A stretch of DNA of 25,093 bases from a virus (taxonomy: Duplodnaviria; Caudoviricetes). How positions within the stretch are numbered: the stretch's first letter is position 1; each line of letters begins with the position of its first letter. The notes under the pieces were generated by a model. The model was not told the origin of the DNA. It made no database searches and worked only from the letters and a program-made list of their open reading frames with translations. Of the stretch, positions 15,259 through 24,241 are shown piece by piece. The position numbers were made by a program, and so were the translations under genes. The DNA lies in IMG/VR virus record IMGVR_UViG_3300028126_000018, positions 1 to 25,093 of that record. The stretch is one strand, 5' to 3'.

Positions 15259-16082
15259 TACTTCTTTGCTTTTTTATGCCACTTAGGAAGTAGGTTGTTA
15301 TCTTGAACATACTTCTTATTCTGTGGACTTCCGTTCTTTAATAAGTACATAAACGCATTTAGTCTTGCGAGACCCCATTGCGCTGCACTAGTGACCTTTG
15401 GGCTATGACCCGTGTTGTACGCACCCATACCTCTAAGAACCACTTGCTTTGCTGCACCCATTCCAATCTTTTTGTCAGGGTACTTTTCATTATATTTGTC
15501 TACCTTAGTCTTTATAGACTTAAGAATTTTTGCAGATAGCTTTCCACCTTTTCCAACACCTTTAGGATTCTTCTCAGGAGTGTCGCTCTTAGGTGCTTTA
15601 GGTGATTTTTTAACACTACCATCTTTTCCTTGGGTAGCATAACAATCGCAGTAGCCTTGTTTACAATCTTCTCTTTTGCCGTTCTTCTTCGGGCATTTAG
15701 CCTTGACCTTACGATTACCGTATGGGAGTTCAGCCACATCGACACTTGCTTTAACTGTTCCTTCTCGGATTGACTTAGCTTTTCTAATCGCCCAATTAAC
15801 ACCCGAAGTTCCTCCCCACCCAAGCCAAGCAACATAACCTCTATCTTTCCAAGGCGTACTCTTATACTTAGGGTCAATCGCAGCATTTTTTCTGTGACGA
15901 TTAAACGCAGCCATACGAGCAATAGTTTCATAGGATAGTTTTCTTTTTGATGCTAATTGGTTTGCACGAGTCCACCCTATAGAAGTCATTCCCTTGACCT
16001 CTTTGCCGTATTTCTTTTTCCACGCTAATACTTTCTTAGCGTTGTTCGTAGCGGATTGTGGGTAGTCGTTGTATGTAGCCAT
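15258..16082 (-). CDS. Basic two-domain head-morphogenesis-associated protein (C-terminal DUF5824-like domain)
   Basis: N-domain YNDYP...GW.RANQLA...TIARM...GY.AW..WGG..G..WA. C-domain RGMGAY.T.HSP.V....QW..AR.NAF...D..LLP..H. Lys-rich. Confidence 0.65.
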   Translation of the reverse strand: MATYNDYPQSATNNAKKVLAWKKKYGKEVKGMTSIGWTRANQLASKRKLSYETIARMAAFNRHRKNAAIDPKYKSTPWKDRGYVAWLGWGGTSGVNWAIRKAKSIREGTVKASVDVAELPYGNRKVKAKCPKKNGKREDCKQGYCDCYATQGKDGSVKKSPKAPKSDTPEKNPKGVGKGGKLSAKILKSIKTKVDKYNEKYPDKKIGMGAAKQVVLRGMGAYNTGHSPKVTSAAQWGLARLNAFMYLLKNGSPQNKKYVQDNNLLPKWHKKAKK

Positions 16083-16087
16083 CGAAT

Positions 16088-16097
16088 TAATTTACAA
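16088..16097 (-). promoter_or_regulatory. TTGTAAATTA motif, putative late promoter
   Basis: Exact intergenic 10-mer, 5 nt before ATG 16082. Confidence 0.6.
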
Positions 16098-18779
16098 TTA
16101 TTTCAGTATGCCTTTTACATTCAGATAAGCATTGTCCTCATATACTTCTCCCTCAACGCTTTTTATAACTATGGTATCAGCTACCATCCTAGAAGCTGTA
16201 AACTCCTTGAACAAGAAATCTAAATCTCCAAGATTTGTTGTAGGTACTACCATACTAAACTCAATACTAGGGCTATCGCTGTATGTTATCTTTTCGTCAT
16301 CAACATAGAAGTCGTAGTAGTCAGTAGTAGTGCCACTAGTATATTCTGCTAACAAATCCCAATTTGCTGTGTTCTTGTTAAATAGCCTACCGTTGAATAC
16401 GTGTTGGACACCCAATGTGTATATTCTTTGAGTAGAAGTAACTAAAGAAAGCCTTTGCCAATTAGTCATACATATAGGCTTCTTAATCCTAGTTTCGAAA
16501 AGAGGCTTATCAACATATGCGAATTTCAAGCCGATGTCTTGATGCTTTGTAAATAAGTTTTTTGTAAAAGCAATTTCTTTTGTGCTTACGCCACCTGAGT
16601 TTACATTTTCATTTACTTGATTTCCCAATAGACTACCTGCTAAAGACCTGTAAAAAACACCACTCTTGAAGTTAATTATCAAGTCAGATATTCCTTCAGG
16701 ATTTATCTCTTGAGTAGTTGAACCTATAACCCTGCCTTCGTTAGACTCATCATCATAAAAATGATTGAAGTTTTTGTTGTTTAGTGTTATGTTTTTAAAC
16801 TTATCACCACCAATAGAAACCTTAAAGGATTTTAAATCGTCAATGTATTGATTTATATTTTCTGTACCTTCTCTAACATATTTTATTGGGTCAATCCTTA
16901 ATATGTTTACACCACCATCATTCTCATAAAATATACCACAGTTAAATCTTTTACAGATAGCTAATAATATATCATAAGGTTTTGTGGTTGCTGTGTTTTC
17001 TACTGAGCTTTTTACATTGTAAACATCGTCATCAAAATAAAGATTGTAATCTTGATTAGCTTTAAATGTTATATTAAGATTATCGTGGTCATCCGAGCCT
17101 GTAATAGTTTTTCGTAGCTCACCTTCTTCTGCGTTTGCAGTAACTACTGTATCACCATAAGAAGTATGTTGGTCGTGTATAGATACATTTGTTATTCTTG
17201 TTACTTTTAATACGCCACTTACAGGCTCTAAGTAATAGTTAGTGCTGTATCTACTCTCCCCATTAATCAACAGCTCTTCGCCACTAGGTATGTACACGGT
17301 AATTTCATCAGACCATTGTAGAGCATCAGTATAACCTGTCTGAAGGTCGTTTTGACTTGACGGGTCTAGTATAACAAAACGGTCTTTGTCTGAGTTTGTA
17401 AAAAAGTGATGCCCTTGATTTTGGTTTGTGTTTGTTTTTTCACTATCACCCTGTATAGCTGTAGCATCAGAAGCGTTAAGCTCTATAGGGTCGCCATTGA
17501 CATCTTCTAGTCTTATCTTCTTTACAGGAAAACCATTCTCATAAACACCCAAGAACATATTAAACTTCATAGTAGATGAAGCAGGGTTTATGCTTTGAAC
17601 CATCTTATCGTCTTGGATTAATGGTATATCCAAGGTTAAATCATTTATAGTAGCATTAAGACTACCACTATCAAAAGTTATAGCAGAATTAAAAGACATA
17701 TGTGGTGCGAAAAACCCTTGCTCACCTGCCCTCATTCCGAATTGTGCTACAGGATAGTAGTATCTTCTTATATGTCTACCGTAAACAGAATTTTCCGCAG
17801 CAGTAGCTTCACTAACTGTATTATAGTTTCCGTGACTTTCAGAACCTCCGAAGTAATTTGTAACCATTTGTTTACTTGCAGTAGGGTCATCTCTTTTGAA
17901 ATCATAGAACATATCTTCATTTGTCCCTGCACAGAAAGGCATCTGATTTATTTCAAACTCCCTAGTGTTAGTGGTTTGTTTAGCCTCTAACTTTGCAGGA
18001 AGCACCATATGAAGTTTTTCCGCTTGGAAGTCAGCAATAGCCTCCGTCTTATTTAGACCAAATAAAGAGCTGTCTACCCTAGTCTCAAATCCTGAATCAG
18101 TTATATACCTACCCAAGTATTCCAAGAATAACTTTACACTAAAAACAGGAACAAATCCTGTCCTATCCATTCCTACGCCATATTCAGTAAACTGTCTAGC
18201 ACCGTAGCCAAATGTATCTAAGTCCCCACAGAAATCTATATAAGGGAAAATAATAGGTCTAGTGTACGAAGGGTTAGTGTTTAGTGTTCCTCCCTCACCA
18301 CCACTAGCTACAGTTGTTTTAAATGTAGTAAAGGTGTGGTCGGCATTGTAGTATGTTTTGTAACTAGCATTAGTAGCATTGTATAGCGTAGATAAAGATA
18401 TATCTTTTAGGTCGTTGATATATTTGCTTATGAAGTCTACTAAAGTTACATCTATATAAGACTCATCGCTATTATATTCTATAGCTGTTACGTTTAGCAT
18501 ACCTTGTATAACCGTATTTGAAGTACCAAAAGCAGTTATCTTAAAGTAGTAATCATCTTTAGGAAAATCGTCTTTATCCGAGGTTATAGGTGTGTATCCA
18601 AATGTAGTTCTATTGCCACTTGTTAAAGGAATTTTTAAAGTTGTAAAAAAAGGTAACTTTATAGAACCTACATCTAGGTTGTCATAAAAGTCAACATTGT
18701 ATTCAAGCTCTGAATCAGGAAACAAATCTACAGTAGTAAAAGTAGAATTGTCTGCACTTATTTCTAGTTTAAAATTCAT
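16098..18779 (-). CDS. Tail tip/hub-like structural protein
   Basis: 893 aa, second gene after the tape measure. N-terminal VDLF......F...KIP.T..N...F pattern, and L..ICKRFN......LRI.P. Confidence 0.6.
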   Translation of the reverse strand: MNFKLEISADNSTFTTVDLFPDSELEYNVDFYDNLDVGSIKLPFFTTLKIPLTSGNRTTFGYTPITSDKDDFPKDDYYFKITAFGTSNTVIQGMLNVTAIEYNSDESYIDVTLVDFISKYINDLKDISLSTLYNATNASYKTYYNADHTFTTFKTTVASGGEGGTLNTNPSYTRPIIFPYIDFCGDLDTFGYGARQFTEYGVGMDRTGFVPVFSVKLFLEYLGRYITDSGFETRVDSSLFGLNKTEAIADFQAEKLHMVLPAKLEAKQTTNTREFEINQMPFCAGTNEDMFYDFKRDDPTASKQMVTNYFGGSESHGNYNTVSEATAAENSVYGRHIRRYYYPVAQFGMRAGEQGFFAPHMSFNSAITFDSGSLNATINDLTLDIPLIQDDKMVQSINPASSTMKFNMFLGVYENGFPVKKIRLEDVNGDPIELNASDATAIQGDSEKTNTNQNQGHHFFTNSDKDRFVILDPSSQNDLQTGYTDALQWSDEITVYIPSGEELLINGESRYSTNYYLEPVSGVLKVTRITNVSIHDQHTSYGDTVVTANAEEGELRKTITGSDDHDNLNITFKANQDYNLYFDDDVYNVKSSVENTATTKPYDILLAICKRFNCGIFYENDGGVNILRIDPIKYVREGTENINQYIDDLKSFKVSIGGDKFKNITLNNKNFNHFYDDESNEGRVIGSTTQEINPEGISDLIINFKSGVFYRSLAGSLLGNQVNENVNSGGVSTKEIAFTKNLFTKHQDIGLKFAYVDKPLFETRIKKPICMTNWQRLSLVTSTQRIYTLGVQHVFNGRLFNKNTANWDLLAEYTSGTTTDYYDFYVDDEKITYSDSPSIEFSMVVPTTNLGDLDFLFKEFTASRMVADTIVIKSVEGEVYEDNAYLNVKGILK

Positions 18780-18780
18780 A

Positions 18781-19341
18781 CTATCGTTTTGCGATATTAA
18801 ATGCTAATGAAGACTTGAATTTATTATTGAAAAAATCAAACTCATCATCTTGGAAAGCTACCCTGTAAGCAACTTCTTTACAAGTATCTATGAATATCAA
18901 CCTATCTGCTAATAATAAACTTCTTACCGACTTGTTTGTAGTGTCAGTAAAAAATTCTCTTCTCTTAACAGATACTGCTAATCTATAGTCTATTGATGTA
19001 TTGTACACCTCGTAGGTTTCTGAGAACACCGCTTTGTTTACGGCTGCCAACATTCTGTACGAAGTAACATCATCGTATATAACATCTCCTATCTCCCAAT
19101 AAAGACCTGTGGTAGTGCTTACACTTGATGGTACATTTTCATACACCTCATCGTCAAACTGAAAAGTTCTAGCCGTCTCATCGGTGCAATAAGCATACAC
19201 ACCCACGGTATCGCTTACAGGTATATAAATAACATCACCTTCGTCAAATGAACCACTACACAATGTTATAACACCGTTGGAAACAGTACCTGAAAAAGAT
19301 TGGTTTATAGCAGGGTTATATAAAAATTTATAATCACTCAT
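18781..19341 (-). CDS. Putative minor/distal tail protein
   Basis: Lies between the tape measure and tail tip genes. Function assigned by synteny only. Confidence 0.5.
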   Translation of the reverse strand: MSDYKFLYNPAINQSFSGTVSNGVITLCSGSFDEGDVIYIPVSDTVGVYAYCTDETARTFQFDDEVYENVPSSVSTTTGLYWEIGDVIYDDVTSYRMLAAVNKAVFSETYEVYNTSIDYRLAVSVKRREFFTDTTNKSVRSLLLADRLIFIDTCKEVAYRVAFQDDEFDFFNNKFKSSLAFNIAKR

Positions 19342-22300
19342 TATATTCTATCGTTTCTATCTCTTAATCTACGCTCTGTATCGTTGCTTCTAAGGTCTTT
19401 GCTAGATACAAAGGCTCTCATAGGCTTACTTGTCTGTATAGCGGTAGAGACTGTAGCCTCAGCAATAGCTTTTAGGTAATCTACACTTTCGTTAGCTTGT
19501 GCTGTAACTAAACCTCCGTTAGCAAACATATGCTTACCCGACATAGGTCTTGTCTTGTAAGAGTCGTTTATTTTTTCTAACAGACCCTTGTGCATAGCGG
19601 TAGCTCGTTTATTTACAACAAACTCACCACCTTCCATTTCGTAACCTCCTTGACCCTGAACACTAAACGGCACACCACCCTCAGAGTGGCTTGGTCCATT
19701 GACTATACCCCCTTTAGCAAACCGCTTAGGGACAAACTGCTTACTATTGATAGCTGCTATTTCAGCTCCAAACGATGCCACAGCTAATGCTGCAGATATT
19801 TTTGCTTTCAATGCTGTAGTTATAGGTTCACCTGCTTCACCTCTCTTAAACATATTAGGAATAATAGATGCTAAAGCAACGGCTAAATCTGTAGTAGCAT
19901 CTGTTCTTTCTTGTTTTTTCTGAGATTCAAATATCTTTTTGTTTATAGCGTTTTCCTTGGCTAACTGCGCTCTCTGTAATTCAATTTGCTTTGTTTTAAA
20001 CTGAGACTCTGTAATTAACTGATTATCTAACTGAGACTTTAAAATGTCGCTTTCTATGTCTGCATTTCTTTTTACAGATTCCAATCTAGCTTTTTCTTGA
20101 TTCTCATAATTCTCTTGCCTTACTTCAGAGAAGTTATCTATAGCATCTGCAGTTTTTGTAAGAGCATCAATGATAACATCCTCAAAGCTAAACAAATCTT
20201 TATTCTTTTTTATGAAGTTTATAGTTTCTAGTAGACTCTTTGTTGTTAAGTCCATTGTTCTTTTTGCAGCCTTTGGAAGACCTACGGAAACTTCTTCTGC
20301 AGCACCTTGAAACACTTTCTTTAAACCCCTTACAAAATCAGAGTTTTCTCCATATAATTTTTCTGCCTCTGAAATAATATCTTCTGCATTTCCAAACAAT
20401 GCTGTAAGCAAGTCTACCTGTAGCAAGAATTGCTCATCAGATATTCCCTCTACTAAATCTTCTTTAATTAGTTTCTCCTGCTCTTTTATAGCTTCTATAG
20501 CGTCTTTTAATTCATCTTTTAATCTTTTTTGTTCTTCTTTTGTTCTTGTTTCTTTATTCTTTGCAATAGCGGCTTCACTATTTTCTAGGTTTCTAACTGA
20601 TGCTAAAAGCTCCTCAAATAAAGCAATCCTTTTTTCAAGAACAGTAATTTCCTCAATACTTAATCCTCTTTGATTCTCTCTTGTGCTTTGCAATCTAGTT
20701 AGTTCTGATTCAAGACCTTTAGTCACTCTTAGACTTTCTTCATCAGTCATCACACCTTCTTTGGCTGTAGCTACTAATTTTTGAGTCATTTCAACAGCAG
20801 CTCCATATTGCTCATTTGTTGCTAACTCTAGTATTCTTTGCTCTCTTAAAACTTTGGCTCTTTCGACACTCATTTTTATGAGTTCATCCAAGAATCTACC
20901 TGCATCTTTCATTGAGCCGTTTGACTTGGTTTGCAAAAATTCACTTAGCCTGAGCTGAGGGTTTAATTTCTTTTGAGCTTTAAATTGTTTTTCAACTATT
21001 TTTAATTGCATTGAAGTTAAATCGCCTCCTTCTCTAAGTATTTGGAATAATGCCTCAGAACCTGCTTCTTGCTCTTTTTGCGTGGTATTAAACTGTATCA
21101 AAGATGTAGTCAAATCATCGAAAGACTTTTCACCTTGTTCTGATGCGTTAGACAAAAACTTAAAAGCCCTTGCCTGACCTGCAATCCTAGGGTCTAGTCT
21201 TTCAATAAGTTCTATAAAAAATTCAGTTTGTGTAATGTAATTACCAATACTAATAGATGCTTTATTATATGCTGAAGACAACAAGTCTATCTGACCCTGA
21301 GTAGAAGACATCTGAACTGCATTTGCTCTTAGCAACCTTGTACTATCGTTAACCTCTCCGTTCAAGTCGTCAAACTCATCAATAGTGTCTGCAAGGATAA
21401 CAGCAGCACCTGCACCTCTTTGACCAAATATTTCAAAAGCCTCAGCCGCATCTAAATTGTTTTTAGCTAACTGTTCTACAAAGTCTCTAAAAGGTATTCC
21501 TTCTTTAGCTGCTTCACTAAGAACTCTCCTAAGACCTGTACCTGCCCTAGATGCTTTCAAACCGTTATTAGTAAGCAACCCTAAGAAAGTAGCTGTTTCA
21601 TCGAAGGTTAATCCTACCTGACTTGCTAATGGACCAACATACTGTAACGCTGTACCTAGGTCTGTTAGTGTTAAGGCACTCTCGTTTACAGCACCTACTA
21701 TTACGTTTGAAAATCTACTAGCTTCTGCGGCGGTTTGGTTGAATTGGTTCAGAGCCTTCTTTAGAGCTTCGGCAACTCCCCCAGGCTCTTCACCTAGTGC
21801 CTGAGCTAAGAGAGCCACAGGTTTTGTTAACTGACCAATTTCTTCTGCGCTAGAACCTAACTTACCTAATTGTTTTTGAAGTTCTGCAATCTGTATGGCT
21901 GTGAAAGAAGTAGTACCTGCTACATCAAACACAACATTTTCTAAAGATGCTAACTCTTCCTTTGTTAATGCTGCAACAGCTCTAAGTTCAGCCATTGCCT
22001 TTTCAAAAGCTATAGCTCTTTTTGCTGACTTTACAAATAGCTCATTAAGTAAAGCTGTAGCACCTTGTATGAGTTTATAGGCAATACCTAATCTACCAAG
22101 TGTTTTTATAGTTTTTCCTAAGCTTCCAAGAAACCCTGTGTTAGATTTAGTAGATTTTTGTGTGGCTGCTGAATATCTTTTTTGAGCATTAGAGGCTTGG
22201 TCAATTAACTTTCTATGTCTTGGAAGTCTATCTTCTAATTTCCCTTGACTTTGAGCTAATTTTTTTGAAGCATCAGCAGCTTGTTGTTCTAGTCTATTTT

Positions 22301-22430
22301 TTTCTTTAAGTCTCTTATTGTAAGCATCAGTACCTTTGTCAAGCTGACTTAACTGCTTTTGTACAGCCTGTAGTCTGTCAATATACTTGTTTAGAATCTC
22401 TATGTTTTTTCTGTTCTCAGATAGTGCCAT
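19341..22430 (-). CDS. Tail tape measure protein (TP901-like core)
   Basis: 1029 aa, Ala/Leu/Lys-rich and helical. FEKAMA.LRAV, T.FTA.QIA.LQ..LGKLG, L.YVGP.A...G and G...S.AGT.LR motifs, with C-terminal FA.GG...GPSH..GG. Confidence 0.9.
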   Translation of the reverse strand: MALSENRKNIEILNKYIDRLQAVQKQLSQLDKGTDAYNKRLKEKNRLEQQAADASKKLAQSQGKLEDRLPRHRKLIDQASNAQKRYSAATQKSTKSNTGFLGSLGKTIKTLGRLGIAYKLIQGATALLNELFVKSAKRAIAFEKAMAELRAVAALTKEELASLENVVFDVAGTTSFTAIQIAELQKQLGKLGSSAEEIGQLTKPVALLAQALGEEPGGVAEALKKALNQFNQTAAEASRFSNVIVGAVNESALTLTDLGTALQYVGPLASQVGLTFDETATFLGLLTNNGLKASRAGTGLRRVLSEAAKEGIPFRDFVEQLAKNNLDAAEAFEIFGQRGAGAAVILADTIDEFDDLNGEVNDSTRLLRANAVQMSSTQGQIDLLSSAYNKASISIGNYITQTEFFIELIERLDPRIAGQARAFKFLSNASEQGEKSFDDLTTSLIQFNTTQKEQEAGSEALFQILREGGDLTSMQLKIVEKQFKAQKKLNPQLRLSEFLQTKSNGSMKDAGRFLDELIKMSVERAKVLREQRILELATNEQYGAAVEMTQKLVATAKEGVMTDEESLRVTKGLESELTRLQSTRENQRGLSIEEITVLEKRIALFEELLASVRNLENSEAAIAKNKETRTKEEQKRLKDELKDAIEAIKEQEKLIKEDLVEGISDEQFLLQVDLLTALFGNAEDIISEAEKLYGENSDFVRGLKKVFQGAAEEVSVGLPKAAKRTMDLTTKSLLETINFIKKNKDLFSFEDVIIDALTKTADAIDNFSEVRQENYENQEKARLESVKRNADIESDILKSQLDNQLITESQFKTKQIELQRAQLAKENAINKKIFESQKKQERTDATTDLAVALASIIPNMFKRGEAGEPITTALKAKISAALAVASFGAEIAAINSKQFVPKRFAKGGIVNGPSHSEGGVPFSVQGQGGYEMEGGEFVVNKRATAMHKGLLEKINDSYKTRPMSGKHMFANGGLVTAQANESVDYLKAIAEATVSTAIQTSKPMRAFVSSKDLRSNDTERRLRDRNDRI

Positions 22431-23080
22431 TATCTACTGAATAATTTTGTAAAGCGAACCATTGTTTGTTCCATAAACAAGTTGGTCAGCCTATCGTTAA
22501 TGTTTTGTTGAGCCTTAGCTAGTGTAGCTTCAACGCCTCTGTTCTTGTAATAAAAGGGATTATCAAAATCATATCTCTTTCTTAAACCCTTTCTTTGTAT
22601 AGACCTCTTAATAACAAATGCCAACTTACTTACCTCATGGTCTTTTGACTTGTCTAAAGCCTTTCCACCGATTTTAAAGTTAGCCTTACTATTAATAATC
22701 CATCCTTTTAATCTGCTGAAACCTTCCTCGCTTACATTCCATCCACCTGAAGGAGAACGCTTAGTAAGCCTGAAGTATTTTTCAGCCACACCGAATTGTA
22801 TGTTTGTTCTTATTGTTATACTGCTAGGTATGCCTTGAGACATATTATATACCCTTACAGACACAGCCTTTTTTCCGTCTTCACGAGCTAAGAACAAATC
22901 ATCTCTCCTAGGTGTCAAAGAGCCTGACTCATTAGGGTTGGATAGTCCTCCTGAAACGACTAGACCGTTGCCCTTTATCTTGCCTACTATTGCATTTATA
23001 ATACCTGCTTTCCTAAACTGCTTGGCTATTTCTGCAACGGCAATGAGCCTGATTCTATTTTGATACTGCTTCCTAGTCAT
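22430..23080 (-). CDS. Putative neck/tail completion protein
   Basis: Basic protein with L..WI...AF.I.RSI..KG...F..P motif, located in the tail gene block. Confidence 0.5.
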   Translation of the reverse strand: MTRKQYQNRIRLIAVAEIAKQFRKAGIINAIVGKIKGNGLVVSGGLSNPNESGSLTPRRDDLFLAREDGKKAVSVRVYNMSQGIPSSITIRTNIQFGVAEKYFRLTKRSPSGGWNVSEEGFSRLKGWIINSKANFKIGGKALDKSKDHEVSKLAFVIKRSIQRKGLRKRYDFDNPFYYKNRGVEATLAKAQQNINDRLTNLFMEQTMVRFTKLFSR

Positions 23081-23510
23081 CTATTTCTAGAATGTCAGGT
23101 TTTCTAGACAAGGTAACAGTAAAGTCGCACACAGCTCCTGATATGTTGTAGTCTTCTGCCTCGATACTTGAAAGCTCCACATCTTGAAATTCTACTATGT
23201 AGTCTTGCTGTGCCAAGTAATCTTGTAACTGACCCATAACGAATAGGTTTTCTTCTATGGATAACATATAAGATTGGTCGTTACGAGAAACACATTTATC
23301 AAGAACCGCCACAGAAAATTCTATTGAGTACACAGGATTGTTGTCTTCTCTAGATATGTTTGCTATCTGTGGAGTGATGATTAGTTGCTTGTAATCAAAC
23401 TCCCTGTTAGCTATATCTGATTCTCCCTGTGCTACAAAGAACCCTTTCACCATATTGTGATTATCTGCGAAAGACTTAACCTTAGTATATAGTTCTGTGA
23501 GATTATTCAT
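23073..23510 (-). CDS. Putative tail terminator/completion protein
   Basis: Acidic 145-aa alpha/beta protein (Y.......D...; G....F.VT). Size and position fit a tail terminator. Confidence 0.5.
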   Translation of the reverse strand: MNNLTELYTKVKSFADNHNMVKGFFVAQGESDIANREFDYKQLIITPQIANISREDNNPVYSIEFSVAVLDKCVSRNDQSYMLSIEENLFVMGQLQDYLAQQDYIVEFQDVELSSIEAEDYNISGAVCDFTVTLSRKPDILEIDD

Positions 23511-23523
23511 CTTATTCTTTTGT

Positions 23524-23533
23524 TAATTTACAA
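23524..23533 (-). promoter_or_regulatory. TTGTAAATTA motif, putative late promoter of the tail block
   Basis: Exact 10-mer, 13 nt before ATG 23510. It overlaps the TTG-TAA stop of the upstream gene. Confidence 0.6.
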
Positions 23534-24241
23534 GTTACGCATAGCTTGAGCCTGTCTTTGTTCTGCAGCTTCTATCTTACTTTTCTGTGCCAAGAAACTC
23601 ATCTCAGGCAGTACGGTAGGCATAGGTAACATATATATCTCGTTGTACTTGGTGATGTCCTCATTGCCTAGTTTCCTGACTATGCTGTACCAATACCATT
23701 GTTGGTTAAACAACATCTGAGAGTTTTTATTTTCTACATCTTCCTCATCTGCATCCTCATCATCTTCAGATGGCTCATAAAACACTCCTGCAAAATCTTC
23801 AAACAAGGTCTTGTTTCTGTTTTCTATAAACTCATTTAACAAAGAGTAAACTTCCCTCACATCTGAATCTAGTATATACTCTTGATTTTGCTTCTCATCT
23901 TCTATGCTTTCATTGTCAAATGTTTCGTGATGTAGCGGACGTACAATTAGTTTGCATATCTCAAGGTCTATTAAGTGGTCAGGTAGTTTAGTCTTGCCTG
24001 TGATTATCTGTTCTAACATTATGAATTGTCCCAATACCAAGTCTTCTACCCTTCTATACACCTTTCTTTCTGAACAAATAGAATCAGGATTCTTCATCTT
24101 TTCATTCAAAGGGTACGTCTCTATAGAGTCTTTTATAAATTGTAATTTTTCTAACGGTTTCAATGTATCTGCATAATCAATAGGCTTACCACCTTTATTG
24201 ATTGTATTCATAACATCAATGTGCTGTCTAAGTGTAATCAT
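23528..24241 (-). CDS. Conserved phage protein, possibly tail assembly chaperone
   Basis: L.LGQFI.LE and C-terminal W.WY..V..L...DI.K...I..LP motifs. Acidic, directly after the terminase. Function inferred. Confidence 0.5.
   Translation of the reverse strand: MITLRQHIDVMNTINKGGKPIDYADTLKPLEKLQFIKDSIETYPLNEKMKNPDSICSERKVYRRVEDLVLGQFIMLEQIITGKTKLPDHLIDLEICKLIVRPLHHETFDNESIEDEKQNQEYILDSDVREVYSLLNEFIENRNKTLFEDFAGVFYEPSEDDEDADEEDVENKNSQMLFNQQWYWYSIVRKLGNEDITKYNEIYMLPMPTVLPEMSFLAQKSKIEAAEQRQAQAMRNL

Noticed and set aside
16547-19618. TTGTAAATAA 9/10 matches at 16547 (+) and 19609 (-)
   Set aside because: Both are intragenic and one is antisense, which is compatible with chance in AT-rich DNA.
22430-24241. 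Programmed -1 frameshift tail chaperone (gpG/GT)
   Set aside because: I identified no overlapping ORF pair with a convincing slippery site upstream of the tape measure gene.
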